This document shows positions 38,683-48,042 of a stretch of 64,000 nt of DNA, in pieces (the first letter of the stretch is position 1; every line of letters begins with the position of its first letter). The DNA comes from Bacillota bacterium. GTDB lineage: Bacteria; Bacillota; Clostridia; Acetivibrionales; DTU013. Under the pieces are notes generated by a model. That model did no database searches, had not been told where the DNA came from, and saw nothing but the letters and a program-made list of their open reading frames with translations. The stretch spans positions 48,896 through 112,895 of the forward strand of contig JAEZCO010000015.1 of the NCBI GenBank assembly GCA_023433505.1. The letters are read 5' to 3'. The translations under genes and the position numbers were made by a program.

Positions 38683-39180
38683 GTGGAGATAGAAGTATAC
38701 ATAGAAATATGCAGGGAGGATGCGGTCCCGCCCTCTTATGCAAAGCCCGGCGACGCCGGGATGGATGTTTGTGCGGCGGAAGAAATGCTGATAAATCCGG
38801 GGGAAACGGTAATTGTCCCAACCGGATTGAAGCTGGCTATACCGGAAGGCTATGAGATACAGGTACGCCCAAGGAGCGGCATTTCCTATAAAACTCCCCT
38901 GAGGCTTTCAAATTCGCCCGGAACAATCGACAGTGGTTACAGGGACGAGCTTGGGATCCTCATCACAAATACCTCCGGCAAAAATGCCGGGGCCGGAAGT
39001 GAAATCCTTGATATTGGCAGCAAAGGCAACAAAAGCGGGGTTTATAAGATTCATAAGGGCGACCGTATTGCGCAGATCGTACTGCAGGAAGTACCCCGGA
39101 TGAAGCTTACGGTTGTAAAATCCGTCGCAGCCCTTGGAAACGACAGAGGCGGAGGTTTCGGCTCAACCGGCGTCAGGTGA
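38683..39180 (+). CDS. dut: dUTP diphosphatase
   Basis: dUTPase motifs (AGMDV, RSGIS, TIDSGYRDELGIL); GTG start with GGAGGAG RBS. Confidence 0.85.
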   Translation: MEIEVYIEICREDAVPPSYAKPGDAGMDVCAAEEMLINPGETVIVPTGLKLAIPEGYEIQVRPRSGISYKTPLRLSNSPGTIDSGYRDELGILITNTSGKNAGAGSEILDIGSKGNKSGVYKIHKGDRIAQIVLQEVPRMKLTVVKSVAALGNDRGGGFGSTGVR

Positions 39181-39187
39181 ATAAAAC

Positions 39188-39216
39188 GGGAAGTTATATT
39201 TGCACCCGGTACTTAG
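39188..39216 (+). repeat. R1 repeat, copy C (C/D subtype GGGAAGTTATATTTGCACCCGGTACTTAG)
   Basis: in convergent intergenic gap between dut and response-regulator gene. Confidence 0.45.
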
Positions 39217-39228
39217 CGGTAGTGATAA

Positions 39229-40158
39229 CTATAGCCATTTGCGGAATTGATTATAGCTGTTGTTGGAGTATTTTCTGACATTGGGGGTGATGGCTACGAT
39301 TTTCTCCAGCATTTCCTTGTCGGAAACCTTTTTAAAGGCATTTTCCATCAGCTTTTGAAAATCTTCGCCTTCTTTGGGAAAGGTTACATGCACAGGATAG
39401 ATATAATCGCTGAGGTCTGCGTTGATCTTTATCAGTTCGAGGAAGATCCCCGACTTGATTTTTTCACAAACCAGCTTTGCTCCGCTTTCCCCCGTACAGG
39501 GAAGCACGATGATGATATCCCTGGATTTGCTCATAACGATGGTGTCTGTCACACGCAGAGTGTTGCGTGCCGTCTGGGCTGCAATGGAGAATATTCTTTC
39601 CTTGTTGTTAATTTCCGCGTGGGTGATGCCATCCTTTTCTTCCTTTAGACTGAGTGTAGTGATCAGGATGAAGGACAAGGGACTTTGCATTCTTCGGGAG
39701 TATTTTATTTCCCGGAGGATGTATTCATCAAAGGTCATGATGATGTTGCCTATACCGCCGGTATCATAATGAAAGCTGTCCTTAAGCCTTACAAAGCTGC
39801 GGATGGAGCTTTCCAGCCTTTTGACCTGGAAGGGCTTGATGATGTAATCGTTTACTGCATATTGAAGTGCGGTTGTTTTATACTCCAGTTGGTCGGATCT
39901 GGTGACAACGATGAGGGGTACATTGACGGTGTATAAACTGCTCCGGATACTTTTCAGTATATCGAAGCCTTCCTGTTCCGAAGGGAAGGCCAGATCCATG
40001 AGAATAAGCCTGAGATTCTTCAAATCCAGATTAAGCAGCTTGAATTGCGTAGAACTGGACACCTCGATTACATCAAAGGTGCCGATCTTTTCAAGAATAT
40101 GCTTTATTTTCTGCCTCTCATAGGAGGAATAATCCAATATTACTATTGTGCCATCCAT
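39229..40158 (-). CDS. response regulator with REC domain and degenerate (likely inactive) GGDEF-like domain
   Basis: REC Asp pocket (LILMDLAFP); GGDEF position reads SKSRD; no adjacent histidine kinase. Confidence 0.6.
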   Translation of the reverse strand: MDGTIVILDYSSYERQKIKHILEKIGTFDVIEVSSSTQFKLLNLDLKNLRLILMDLAFPSEQEGFDILKSIRSSLYTVNVPLIVVTRSDQLEYKTTALQYAVNDYIIKPFQVKRLESSIRSFVRLKDSFHYDTGGIGNIIMTFDEYILREIKYSRRMQSPLSFILITTLSLKEEKDGITHAEINNKERIFSIAAQTARNTLRVTDTIVMSKSRDIIIVLPCTGESGAKLVCEKIKSGIFLELIKINADLSDYIYPVHVTFPKEGEDFQKLMENAFKKVSDKEMLEKIVAITPNVRKYSNNSYNQFRKWL

Positions 40159-40353
40159 GGCATCTCCATTTGAAACAAGTTAATATATACTATTTCGGCA
40201 GAAGTGGTTCTGGGCTTAATAAGATAATTATCAAAATCTTTACAAATTTTAGCTGTCCTGAGGCTTTTTTTATTTTATAAATGCAGGGGCCTTGAAAATA
40301 GGAACACTTCTTGTGATATAATTATTGTAAAAATATAGATGAGGTAAGCCCTA

Positions 40354-41640
40354 ATGAAGAAAAATGCATTGGTAGCACAATCCGGCGGGCCGTCGCCCGT
40401 AATAAATTCATCGCTGCAGGGAGTCGTGGAGGCATGCTTCGCATACTCCGACCATATCGGCAAGGTATTTGCCAGCTGGCACGGGATTGAAGGGGTGCTG
40501 CTGGAAGAACTGGTGGATATGAATGCCCAGCCCATGGAAGAAATAAAGCTTCTCAGGCATACTCCGGCGGCAGGTTCTATCGGGACCTGCAGGTATAAGC
40601 TCAAGGAAGAGCAGTCTGAAGACTTCGACCGGATCATTGACATTATTGCTGCACATAATATCGGATATTTCTTTTATATCGGCGGCAATGATTCCATGGA
40701 TACCGCGAGCAAGGTATCAAAGCTGGCCTCTGATAGAGGGATTGAGTTGGTTGTCGCCGGAGTGCCGAAGACGATAGACAATGATATAGGCGATGAGGAA
40801 TTCACCATCATCGATCATACCCCCGGCTATGGAAGTGCGGCACGGTATTGGGCATATCTGATGCAGAATGTCAATGAAGAAAACCGTGGAATGTGCGTAT
40901 CGGAATCCGTGTCCGTTTTTCAGGCCATGGGGCGCAAATCAGGGTATATCACTGCAGCAGCAAGGCTTGGCGATCCTCATAGAGAAATGCCTTTACAGTT
41001 GTATATGGCTGAGTCGGGACATAATCTTGAAACCCTTGCCGAAAGCGTAAACAGAGAGCTGATAAGATCAGGACGCTGTATCGTGGTGGTCAATGAAGGC
41101 TTTGATGTCGGCAGCCTCGGCGAGGCCCGGGATGGCTTCGGACATGTGGAATATGGCGCCAGCGAGACCACTGTAGAGCAAGTTGTGACCAATTATCTCA
41201 ACAAGGTGGGCCTGAAGGCCAGAGGACAGACTACCGGACAGGTACCCGGAGTCCTTCAGCGTTCTGTCTCCATTCACGCTTCGAAGGTGGATCTGGAGGA
41301 AGCCTATGAAGTAGGGAAGAAAGCGGTAGAAATAGCCATGAAGGACGGGACAGGCTGGATGGCTACGACCTTGCGGGCCCCGGGTGCTGTCTACAGGGCA
41401 GTATTTGACAAGGTTGCGCTGGAAACCGTGGCAAATTCCGTCAGGTTTATTCCGAAAGCCTGGATAACAAAAGACGGCCTTGATGTTACCGATGATTTCA
41501 TCCGGTATGCAATGCCGCTGATAGGAGACGGATGGCCGGACATAAAAATAGAAAACGGCCTGCAGCGCTTCGCCAGACTCACTATAAGGTTTGTTGATAA
41601 AAAGCTGAAGGAGTATATCCCCCAGAGACTTAGAGGATAA
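40354..41640 (+). CDS. pfp: phosphofructokinase-family protein (PPi-dependent PFP-type)
   Basis: GGPSPVINSSL, GGNDSM, PKTIDNDI motifs; long-form C-terminus. Confidence 0.75.
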   Translation: MKKNALVAQSGGPSPVINSSLQGVVEACFAYSDHIGKVFASWHGIEGVLLEELVDMNAQPMEEIKLLRHTPAAGSIGTCRYKLKEEQSEDFDRIIDIIAAHNIGYFFYIGGNDSMDTASKVSKLASDRGIELVVAGVPKTIDNDIGDEEFTIIDHTPGYGSAARYWAYLMQNVNEENRGMCVSESVSVFQAMGRKSGYITAAARLGDPHREMPLQLYMAESGHNLETLAESVNRELIRSGRCIVVVNEGFDVGSLGEARDGFGHVEYGASETTVEQVVTNYLNKVGLKARGQTTGQVPGVLQRSVSIHASKVDLEEAYEVGKKAVEIAMKDGTGWMATTLRAPGAVYRAVFDKVALETVANSVRFIPKAWITKDGLDVTDDFIRYAMPLIGDGWPDIKIENGLQRFARLTIRFVDKKLKEYIPQRLRG

Positions 41641-41658
41641 TCGGACTTTATTCCATAG

Positions 41659-41690
41659 GAGCGGCGGCTTACAGGCTGCCGCTTGTTTTA
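41659..41690 (+). terminator. intrinsic terminator after pfp
   Basis: AGCGGCGGC ttacag GCTGCCGCT then TGTTTTA. Confidence 0.5.
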
Positions 41691-41759
41691 TGAAGTTTTA
41701 CTCTATGATCAGGAAGCACCCAGTGCGCATATATTGTTTGTATAGGGAGAGGATGCGGA

Positions 41760-42785
41760 TTGGACTGCAAACCTGCGGATATGAACAAAACCTGCCTTGT
41801 AACCGGCGCAGCAGGCTTTATCGGATACTTCCTGTCGAAAAGGCTTTTGGAACAAGGCTGCCGGGTGATTGGCATTGACAATATAAACGATTATTATGAT
41901 GTTGGCCTTAAATATTCCCGTTTGGAACTGCTCAAACCTTTTAGCCGTTTTACATTTATCAAAGGTGACATTTCCGGCAAAGATTGGATAATGAAGGCTT
42001 TTGAAGAATACAAACCTGATATTGCAGTAAATCTCGCTGCTCAGGCCGGTGTCCGTTATTCCGTTGAGAACCCTGAGGCTTATATTCAAAGCAACATCGT
42101 CGGTTTTTTCAACATTCTTGAGGCATGCAGGCGTTATCCTGTGGAACACCTGGTGTATGCATCCTCCAGTTCTGTCTATGGAGCAAACAAAAAAGTGCCT
42201 TTCGCGGAATCAGATTTTGTAGATCATCCGGTTTCGCTTTATGCTGCTACGAAGAAATCCAATGAATTAATGGCATATACATACAGCCACCTCTATAAGA
42301 TTCCTGCGACGGGGTTAAGGTTTTTTACAGTCTATGGCCCTCTGGGCCGGCCCGATATGGCATATTTTTCATTTACACGGAAATACTTTGAAGGGAAGCC
42401 CATAAGGCTCTTTAACGGCGGAGATTTTGAAAATGACCTGTACCGGGACTTTACGTACATTGACGACATCGTGGAAGGCATTTTCAGGCTCCTTGGCATG
42501 CCCCCTGCAGGTGCTGCTCCTCACCGGGTTTTCAATATAGGAAACAATCATCCCGAGAAGCTGACGACATTTGTCGAAACACTTGAAAAATGCTTGAGCA
42601 GGGCGGCCGGGAAAAAAATTGTTTTTACTAAAATATATGAGCCTTTACAGCCAGGAGATGTAGCCGCTACCTATGCATCAACGGAGCTGCTGCAGGAAAC
42701 CGTGGGGTTCAAGCCGGAGACTTCCTTGGAGGAAGGCTTGCAGAAATTTGCCGATTGGTATTGCGAATACTATAAAATAGACTAA
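41760..42785 (+). CDS. NAD-dependent epimerase/dehydratase (UDP-glucuronate 4-epimerase-like)
   Basis: LVTGAAGFIG Rossmann motif, YxxxK catalytic pair (YAATKKS); TTG 41760 with GGGAGAGGA RBS (ATG alternative at 41784). Confidence 0.75.
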   Translation: MDCKPADMNKTCLVTGAAGFIGYFLSKRLLEQGCRVIGIDNINDYYDVGLKYSRLELLKPFSRFTFIKGDISGKDWIMKAFEEYKPDIAVNLAAQAGVRYSVENPEAYIQSNIVGFFNILEACRRYPVEHLVYASSSSVYGANKKVPFAESDFVDHPVSLYAATKKSNELMAYTYSHLYKIPATGLRFFTVYGPLGRPDMAYFSFTRKYFEGKPIRLFNGGDFENDLYRDFTYIDDIVEGIFRLLGMPPAGAAPHRVFNIGNNHPEKLTTFVETLEKCLSRAAGKKIVFTKIYEPLQPGDVAATYASTELLQETVGFKPETSLEEGLQKFADWYCEYYKID

Positions 42786-42862
42786 AGCATTGTGCGGAAT
42801 ATATCCATCCATTATAATGGACAGTATGGCCGGAATATTCCAGGCCTTTAAAGGACAGGTGA

Positions 42863-44671
42863 TTTGTTATAGAAATTAACGGTAACATAGAGTCGTTAAA
42901 GCGCTCTACCATCGAGGAACTGGAAGCCTTATACCAACTGGAAATCGAAAAGGACGACCTGATACCCTGGTTTCTTGCGGAAAGGCTTGCGGAGCTGACT
43001 GGGAAAATCAACAGGGAAATCGCGGTTTATATCAATCGGAAAGGCAGCATTACGGATATAAGCATCGGTGACAGCGGAACAGTGACTTTGTCGGAGGTTG
43101 AAGGCCGCAGAGGAAAAGCAAGGCTTTCGGGCGTACGGTGTATCCATACGCATCCCAATGGAGAGGGGAGACTTTCCCCGGTAGATATCAATTCGTTGTT
43201 AAGCTTGAATCTGGATGCCATGATAGCCCTTGGCGTCAGGAACGGCGCGGTGGAGGAGGCCTATGTCGGACTGCCGACGGAGCAAGGGGATGGCCGGCGT
43301 GATGGAACAGACATCTACGGGCCTTTTGAACATAACGATCCTCGTGTAAACTATCTTTTTGATCTGATATACCAAAGGGACGGGTTGATCCAGGTAACTT
43401 CCGGGACAGGGAGAGACGACAGGGAAAAGGCCCTGCTGGTAGGCCTTGAAACAAACACCGGCAGATTAATAAACGGAAAGAGTGAAGGGACGCGTTCTCT
43501 GGAGGAATTGGAGGAGCTTTCAACAACAGCGGGATTGGATGTTCTGGAAAGGGTGCTGCAGAAGAGAGCGGTAAAGGATGCCGCCTTCTATATCGGCCGC
43601 GGTAAAATAGAACAGCTCGGTCTCATGCTCCAGGCAGCCAACGCCGGTGTCCTGGTTTTCGACGATGAGCTTTCCGGAGCACAAATCAGGAACATTGAAG
43701 GCATGACAGGGGCCAAGGTCGTCGACAGGACCGCTTTAATCCTGGACATCTTTGCCCAGCGGGCCAGATCCAGCGAAGGGAAGCTGCAGGTTGAGCTTGC
43801 ACAGCTGAAATACCGGCTGCCCCGCCTGATGGGTATGGGGGGCCAGCTTTCAAGACTGGGAGGCGGCATTGGCACCAGAGGTCCCGGCGAAAAAAAGCTG
43901 GAAACCGACCGGAGACATATACGGAAAAGGATAAGCTCCCTTACCGGTGAACTGAAAACCATCGAAAAAAGAAGAAATCTTATCCGTCAGGGAAGAAAGC
44001 AGAACGACATACCGGTCATCGCCTTGGTAGGCTATACGAATTCAGGAAAATCCACCTTGATGAATACCCTTTGCAAAACCGATGTCCTTGCGGAAGACAA
44101 GCTTTTTGCCACCCTGGATCCGGCCACAAGAAAGCTGATGCTTCCTGACGGCAGGCTCGCGCTTCTTGTAGATACCGTAGGTTTTATAAGGAAGCTTCCC
44201 CATGATCTCATAGAAGCCTTCAAATCAACGTTGGAAGAGTTAGTGTTCGCGGACATGCTGCTGCACGTTGTGGATGCTTCGGATGAAGAGGTGGAGGAAC
44301 AGATCCCTGTGGCCGAAGCCCTATTGAGTAATCTTGGCGCATTAGACAAGCCCACTGTCCTGGTGCTCAACAAAATGGACCTTGTCCAGGAAAAGCAGCG
44401 TTTGCCCGTATCAGCCCCGGGCATAGCCTCCGTTGAGATTTCGGCGGCTCATGGGGGCGGGATTAATGAGCTCCTGGAAATAATCATGAAAACCATTCCC
44501 TCCGATGAAGCGGAGTACGAAATCCATGCGCCCTTCAGTGCGGGATGGGTGGTTTCCTATGTCCACGAGAACGGAAAGCTGCTTGGAGAGGAATATACTG
44601 GAGAGGGCACTAAAATAAGGATGAGAATGAAAAGGGCAAGGGCAGAAAAGATACGAGAATATATCCTTTAG
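42863..44671 (+). CDS. hflX: GTPase HflX with an N-terminal JAB/MPN (RadC-like) domain extension; start codon unresolved
   Basis: HflX_N (DRTALILDIFAQRARSSEGKLQVELAQLKYRLPRL), G1 GYTNSGKST, G3 DTVGF; frame open back to 42863 with no ATG/GTG/TTG before the GTG at 43082; JAMM motif HTHPNGEGRLSPVD at 43148-43189. Confidence 0.7.
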   Translation, partial: FVIEINGNIESLKRSTIEELEALYQLEIEKDDLIPWFLAERLAELTGKINREIAVYINRKGSITDISIGDSGTVTLSEVEGRRGKARLSGVRCIHTHPNGEGRLSPVDINSLLSLNLDAMIALGVRNGAVEEAYVGLPTEQGDGRRDGTDIYGPFEHNDPRVNYLFDLIYQRDGLIQVTSGTGRDDREKALLVGLETNTGRLINGKSEGTRSLEELEELSTTAGLDVLERVLQKRAVKDAAFYIGRGKIEQLGLMLQAANAGVLVFDDELSGAQIRNIEGMTGAKVVDRTALILDIFAQRARSSEGKLQVELAQLKYRLPRLMGMGGQLSRLGGGIGTRGPGEKKLETDRRHIRKRISSLTGELKTIEKRRNLIRQGRKQNDIPVIALVGYTNSGKSTLMNTLCKTDVLAEDKLFATLDPATRKLMLPDGRLALLVDTVGFIRKLPHDLIEAFKSTLEELVFADMLLHVVDASDEEVEEQIPVAEALLSNLGALDKPTVLVLNKMDLVQEKQRLPVSAPGIASVEISAAHGGGINELLEIIMKTIPSDEAEYEIHAPFSAGWVVSYVHENGKLLGEEYTGEGTKIRMRMKRARAEKIREYIL

Positions 44672-44888
44672 CTCCAAGTTTTAAAGATAAACGGACAGGA
44701 AATAATTTTCCGCACTTTAATGCATGTTGAATAAAATCTGGAATTAGGATATCATAATAGTAAGGTGCAGGGACGCACTGGAAAATTCATCACAGGGGTG
44801 TTCCTTGACCGGTAATGAATAAAATATCGGGATTGCCTGTCTGCATTGATGGTGCCTGGTAATCCAAACGAAAGGAAGGGACCTTATT

Positions 44889-45314
44889 ATGTTGGTAAGA
44901 AACTGCGCAGGCGGTATAGTGTTCTGCGGAAACAAGGTGTTTCTCCTGAGGAATGAAAAAGGTGAATGGGTCTTTCCCAAAGGAGTCATACGCAGCGGTG
45001 AAATTTCAAGTGAAGTTGCGTTAAAGAGGGTCAGGGAAGAAGCGGATATTGCTTCGGAAATCGTTTCAACTGCAGGTCATACCAATTACGAATTCTTTTC
45101 AGTAACAAGACAAAAACCTGTCTGCAACAAAATCATCTGGTACATCATGAGGTCCAACAACAATTATTTTAAAATCAATGAGCAGGAAAAATTCATGGAT
45201 GCGGGTTATTATGAAATTGAGGACGCTATGAAGCTTGTGACTTATAGCCAGGATAAGGCCCTTTTGAATCTGTCCTTCCGGAGATTCAAGGAAATCATGG
45301 CCATAGCGGTTTAA
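44889..45314 (+). CDS. NUDIX hydrolase
   Basis: Nudix box-like GEWVFPKGVIRSGEISSEVALKRVREEADI (GX5EX7REUXEEXGU pattern). Confidence 0.65.
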   Translation: MLVRNCAGGIVFCGNKVFLLRNEKGEWVFPKGVIRSGEISSEVALKRVREEADIASEIVSTAGHTNYEFFSVTRQKPVCNKIIWYIMRSNNNYFKINEQEKFMDAGYYEIEDAMKLVTYSQDKALLNLSFRRFKEIMAIAV

Positions 45315-45377
45315 GATATTGACATTTATTTATTGTTCGCTATTGAATACGGAATTATATTTTTATATTATTAAAAA

Positions 45378-45407
45378 GGATAGCATGAAACATTGCTATC
45401 TTTTTTA
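45378..45407 (+). terminator. intrinsic terminator after NUDIX gene
   Basis: GATAGCA/TGCTATC stem then TTTTTT. Confidence 0.5.
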
Positions 45408-45412
45408 ATTTG

Positions 45413-45512
45413 AGGTATTCGGCCAAAGCCGAATCACCAAAAGGCGAGTGGGGCTCGATGCCCCCGAGACTTTTATAGAGGGTATTGGGCCAAAGCCGAA
45501 TCTGGCCAAAGC
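45413..45512 (+). repeat. three GGCCAAAGCC mini-hairpin repeats (two as 22-mer GGTATTSGGCCAAAGCCGAATC) in yigZ leader
   Basis: direct repeats at 45413-45434 and 45478-45499 plus CTGGCCAAAGCCAG at 45499-45512; central GGGGC-tcgat-GCCCC hairpin. Confidence 0.4.
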
Positions 45513-45543
45513 CAGTGAACCCATCCAGTGCGGGAGTGTGGAA

Positions 45544-46176
45544 ATGCAGAAGGAATACAGGACGGTTTCAACCGAAGCTTCGGCGGAATATGAGGAGAAA
45601 AAATCCCGGTTTATTGCCTCGGTGAAGCCTGTTGCCGGCGAAGAGGAAGCTGCTGCCTTCATTAACAGCCTGAAAACAAAATATTGGAATGCCAGCCATA
45701 ATGTTTATGCTTACTATATTTGCGGTAATAATATAATGCAGAAATTCAGCGATGACGGCGAGCCTTCCGGTACGGCAGGAATGCCTGTGCTGGAGGCGGT
45801 AAAAAGGCTTGGAGTTCAGGATATCGCAGTGGTTGTGACAAGATATTTCGGCGGGACACTGCTGGGGGCTGCCGGACTTGTGAGGGCATATGGCAAAAGC
45901 GCCGCGCTGGGCATTGAAGCCGCAGGGATAATCAAAAGGCAGCTTTGTATCCGAACCGATATTATCCTGGAATATACCCTGTTGGGGAAGGTGCAGAGTA
46001 TGCTGAGTGCAAGAAAGTATCTGGTCAATGAAACGATTTACGACCAGGATGTTCAGATATCTTGCAGCATTCCCGTAGACGAATATGAGCCGTTTGCGTC
46101 GGATCTGATTGAGGCGACCAACGCCCGCGTTCTTCTGAATCAGGGTGAAAAGGAATATATTACAATAGAATGCTAA
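45544..46176 (+). CDS. yigZ: YigZ / IMPACT-family protein (UPF0029)
   Basis: KKSRFIA...SDDGEPSGTAGMPVL...VVTRYFGGTLLGAAGLVRAYG matches the E. coli YigZ core; ORF track start 45448 is probably a spurious 5' extension. Confidence 0.75.
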   Translation: MQKEYRTVSTEASAEYEEKKSRFIASVKPVAGEEEAAAFINSLKTKYWNASHNVYAYYICGNNIMQKFSDDGEPSGTAGMPVLEAVKRLGVQDIAVVVTRYFGGTLLGAAGLVRAYGKSAALGIEAAGIIKRQLCIRTDIILEYTLLGKVQSMLSARKYLVNETIYDQDVQISCSIPVDEYEPFASDLIEATNARVLLNQGEKEYITIEC

Positions 46177-46235
46177 GGTTCGGGTTTTTGTTATGGCAGA
46201 AAGTCAGCGGGCAATGAAAAGGTTCAATAACAGGA

Positions 46236-46631
46236 GTGGGAGTGTGTGAAATGACAGAAGAAATGATGATCGGTAAAAAAGTATGGGCTGTGGTAGGAGC
46301 CAATACGGATAGAGAAAAGTATGGCAATATGATTTTCAGAAAACTTCTTGAGAAGGGTTATGTGGTTTATCCTGTGAACCCCGGATACGATACCGTAGAG
46401 GGGCATACTTGCTATAAGGATTTATCGTCTCTGCCGGAGCTTCCGGAGGTCATCGATATGGTGGTTTCTCCTAAAAGAGGCAGGGCTGTGATCGAAGAAG
46501 CTGCGAAGCTGGGTATAAAAAACATATGGCTTCAGCCCGGAACCCATGATGAGGCGCTGATGCAGCTAATCAATGAAAAAGGCCTCACGGCGGTACAGGC
46601 TTGCGTACTGGTGGCCTTAAGCTATATGTAA
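46236..46631 (+). CDS. CoA-binding domain protein (YccU/YneT-like)
   Basis: KVWAVVGANTDREKYGNMIF...VYPVNP pattern of the CoA_binding family. Confidence 0.65.
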   Translation: MGVCEMTEEMMIGKKVWAVVGANTDREKYGNMIFRKLLEKGYVVYPVNPGYDTVEGHTCYKDLSSLPELPEVIDMVVSPKRGRAVIEEAAKLGIKNIWLQPGTHDEALMQLINEKGLTAVQACVLVALSYM

Positions 46632-46710
46632 GCAGGGTTTAGGACCAGCCATATGTCTGCCCGAAAATAGCGAGGCATCAAAAATTTCCCCACCTCTGTA
46701 GGTGGCGATA

Positions 46711-46785
46711 CCGAATTGGTGATCAGGCGGTGAGTATATAGCTTGCCATTCATAAGCCCTGAAGGTGAAAGCATCTCATATACCG
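46711..46785 (+). repeat. repeat family R2, copy 1 (CCGAATTGGTGATCAGGCGGTGAGTATAT...TGAAAGCATCTC)
   Basis: about 75-80 nt related to 62161-62240; preceded by a small hairpin CCACCT-ctgt-AGGTGG. Confidence 0.4.
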
Positions 46786-46793
46786 GCGCATAA

Positions 46794-47795
46794 TCAGGAC
46801 GCTATTGAGCTTGAAAACTCTATATTTATTGCTTCGCTAATTTTGCTCCGGTGGTCTGAAAGAGGAAGCTCTTCCGGTTTTTCTTCATGGGTATCCAGGC
46901 GTCTGAGCGGCAAGGAGATAATAAATTCACTGCCCTTGTTTTCTTCGCTTATAACGCTGATAGTACCCTGGTGAAGGTCAACAAAGGATTTTACCAGCGA
47001 CAGGCCGATGCCGCTGCCTTCGCTCTCCCGGGACCTGTTGCTGCACACCTGCTGGAACCTTTCGAATATCTCTTTCTGCTTGTCTGCAGGTATGCCGATG
47101 CCGGTGTCCTTAACCGAAATAAATACCCGGTTGTCCATGGAATGAACCGCTACCTTTATTTGACCGCCTTGCCCGGTAAATTTAATGGCATTGGATAAAA
47201 GATTCAATAGGACTCTTTCGATTTTTTCCAAATCAACCGCAGTGACAATTTCTTCGCGCTGTGTATCAAACACAAGCGACAACTGCTTTTGGCGGGCATA
47301 GGGCATAACGGATTGCGTTATTTCCTCTACCAGGCTGACAATATTGCAATTTGCCGGGTTAAGCTTCAGATAGCCGGAATCCAGGCGGGCGAAGTCCAGA
47401 AGATTGTTGACCAGCCGCAATATCCGATAGCAATTGATCCGGATAATTTGATAGGTTGCTGCGTTTTTATCCTGCTCGCCGGACAGCTGCTGATTTTTGA
47501 GTTCGATGAGTTGAATTGCTCCAAAAATTACGCTCAAGGGCGTTTTCAATTCATGGGTAATATTGATGAAAAAGTCGGTAATATCCTTGTCGTATTGGAT
47601 GGTACTGTTATACAAACCCGATAGATTTTTAATGGACTTATTCTGGCTTTCTATTTCTTCCAGTTGCGCCGTAATTATAACTTCCTTATCGTGAGACTCC
47701 TGACGAGCCTTACTGTAGAGCTGCAGTAAAAGCAGGGCGATTGCGGCAAAAGCAATGGCAAGCAGGATGGCAAATAACAAAAAAATTGATTCCAT
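46794..47795 (-). CDS. sensor histidine kinase (HisKA + HATPase_c), orphan
   Basis: N-terminal TM helix, H-box ITHELKTPL, N/G1/G2 boxes (NLLSNAIKFT, DTGIGI, GSGIGLSL); no cognate RR adjacent. Confidence 0.8.
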   Translation of the reverse strand: MESIFLLFAILLAIAFAAIALLLLQLYSKARQESHDKEVIITAQLEEIESQNKSIKNLSGLYNSTIQYDKDITDFFINITHELKTPLSVIFGAIQLIELKNQQLSGEQDKNAATYQIIRINCYRILRLVNNLLDFARLDSGYLKLNPANCNIVSLVEEITQSVMPYARQKQLSLVFDTQREEIVTAVDLEKIERVLLNLLSNAIKFTGQGGQIKVAVHSMDNRVFISVKDTGIGIPADKQKEIFERFQQVCSNRSRESEGSGIGLSLVKSFVDLHQGTISVISEENKGSEFIISLPLRRLDTHEEKPEELPLSDHRSKISEAINIEFSSSIAS

Positions 47796-48042
47796 TTAAA
47801 CCTCACCTTTTTCAAACGGGGACATTCCCTTGTGATGAATTTTTAAGGTCTGTCCCCGCACCTTTATTTTTTGAATGGTATGTGTTATCATATATGTGCG
47901 GGTTTTAGAGCTTGATATAAATTAACTTAATTTCCATATAATACCAAAACCATTTTATACAAAAATCCGCACGAAGTAAATACATTTTCCGCGTTGAGGA
48001 AATATTTAAAGCTGCAATTGATAAATACTGGAGGTAGATGAT

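Noticed and set aside
42817-42879. 20-codon ORF upstream of hflX as an independent gene
   Set aside because: No RBS and too short. More likely relevant only as the possible pre-frameshift start of the JAB-HflX ORF (see finding).
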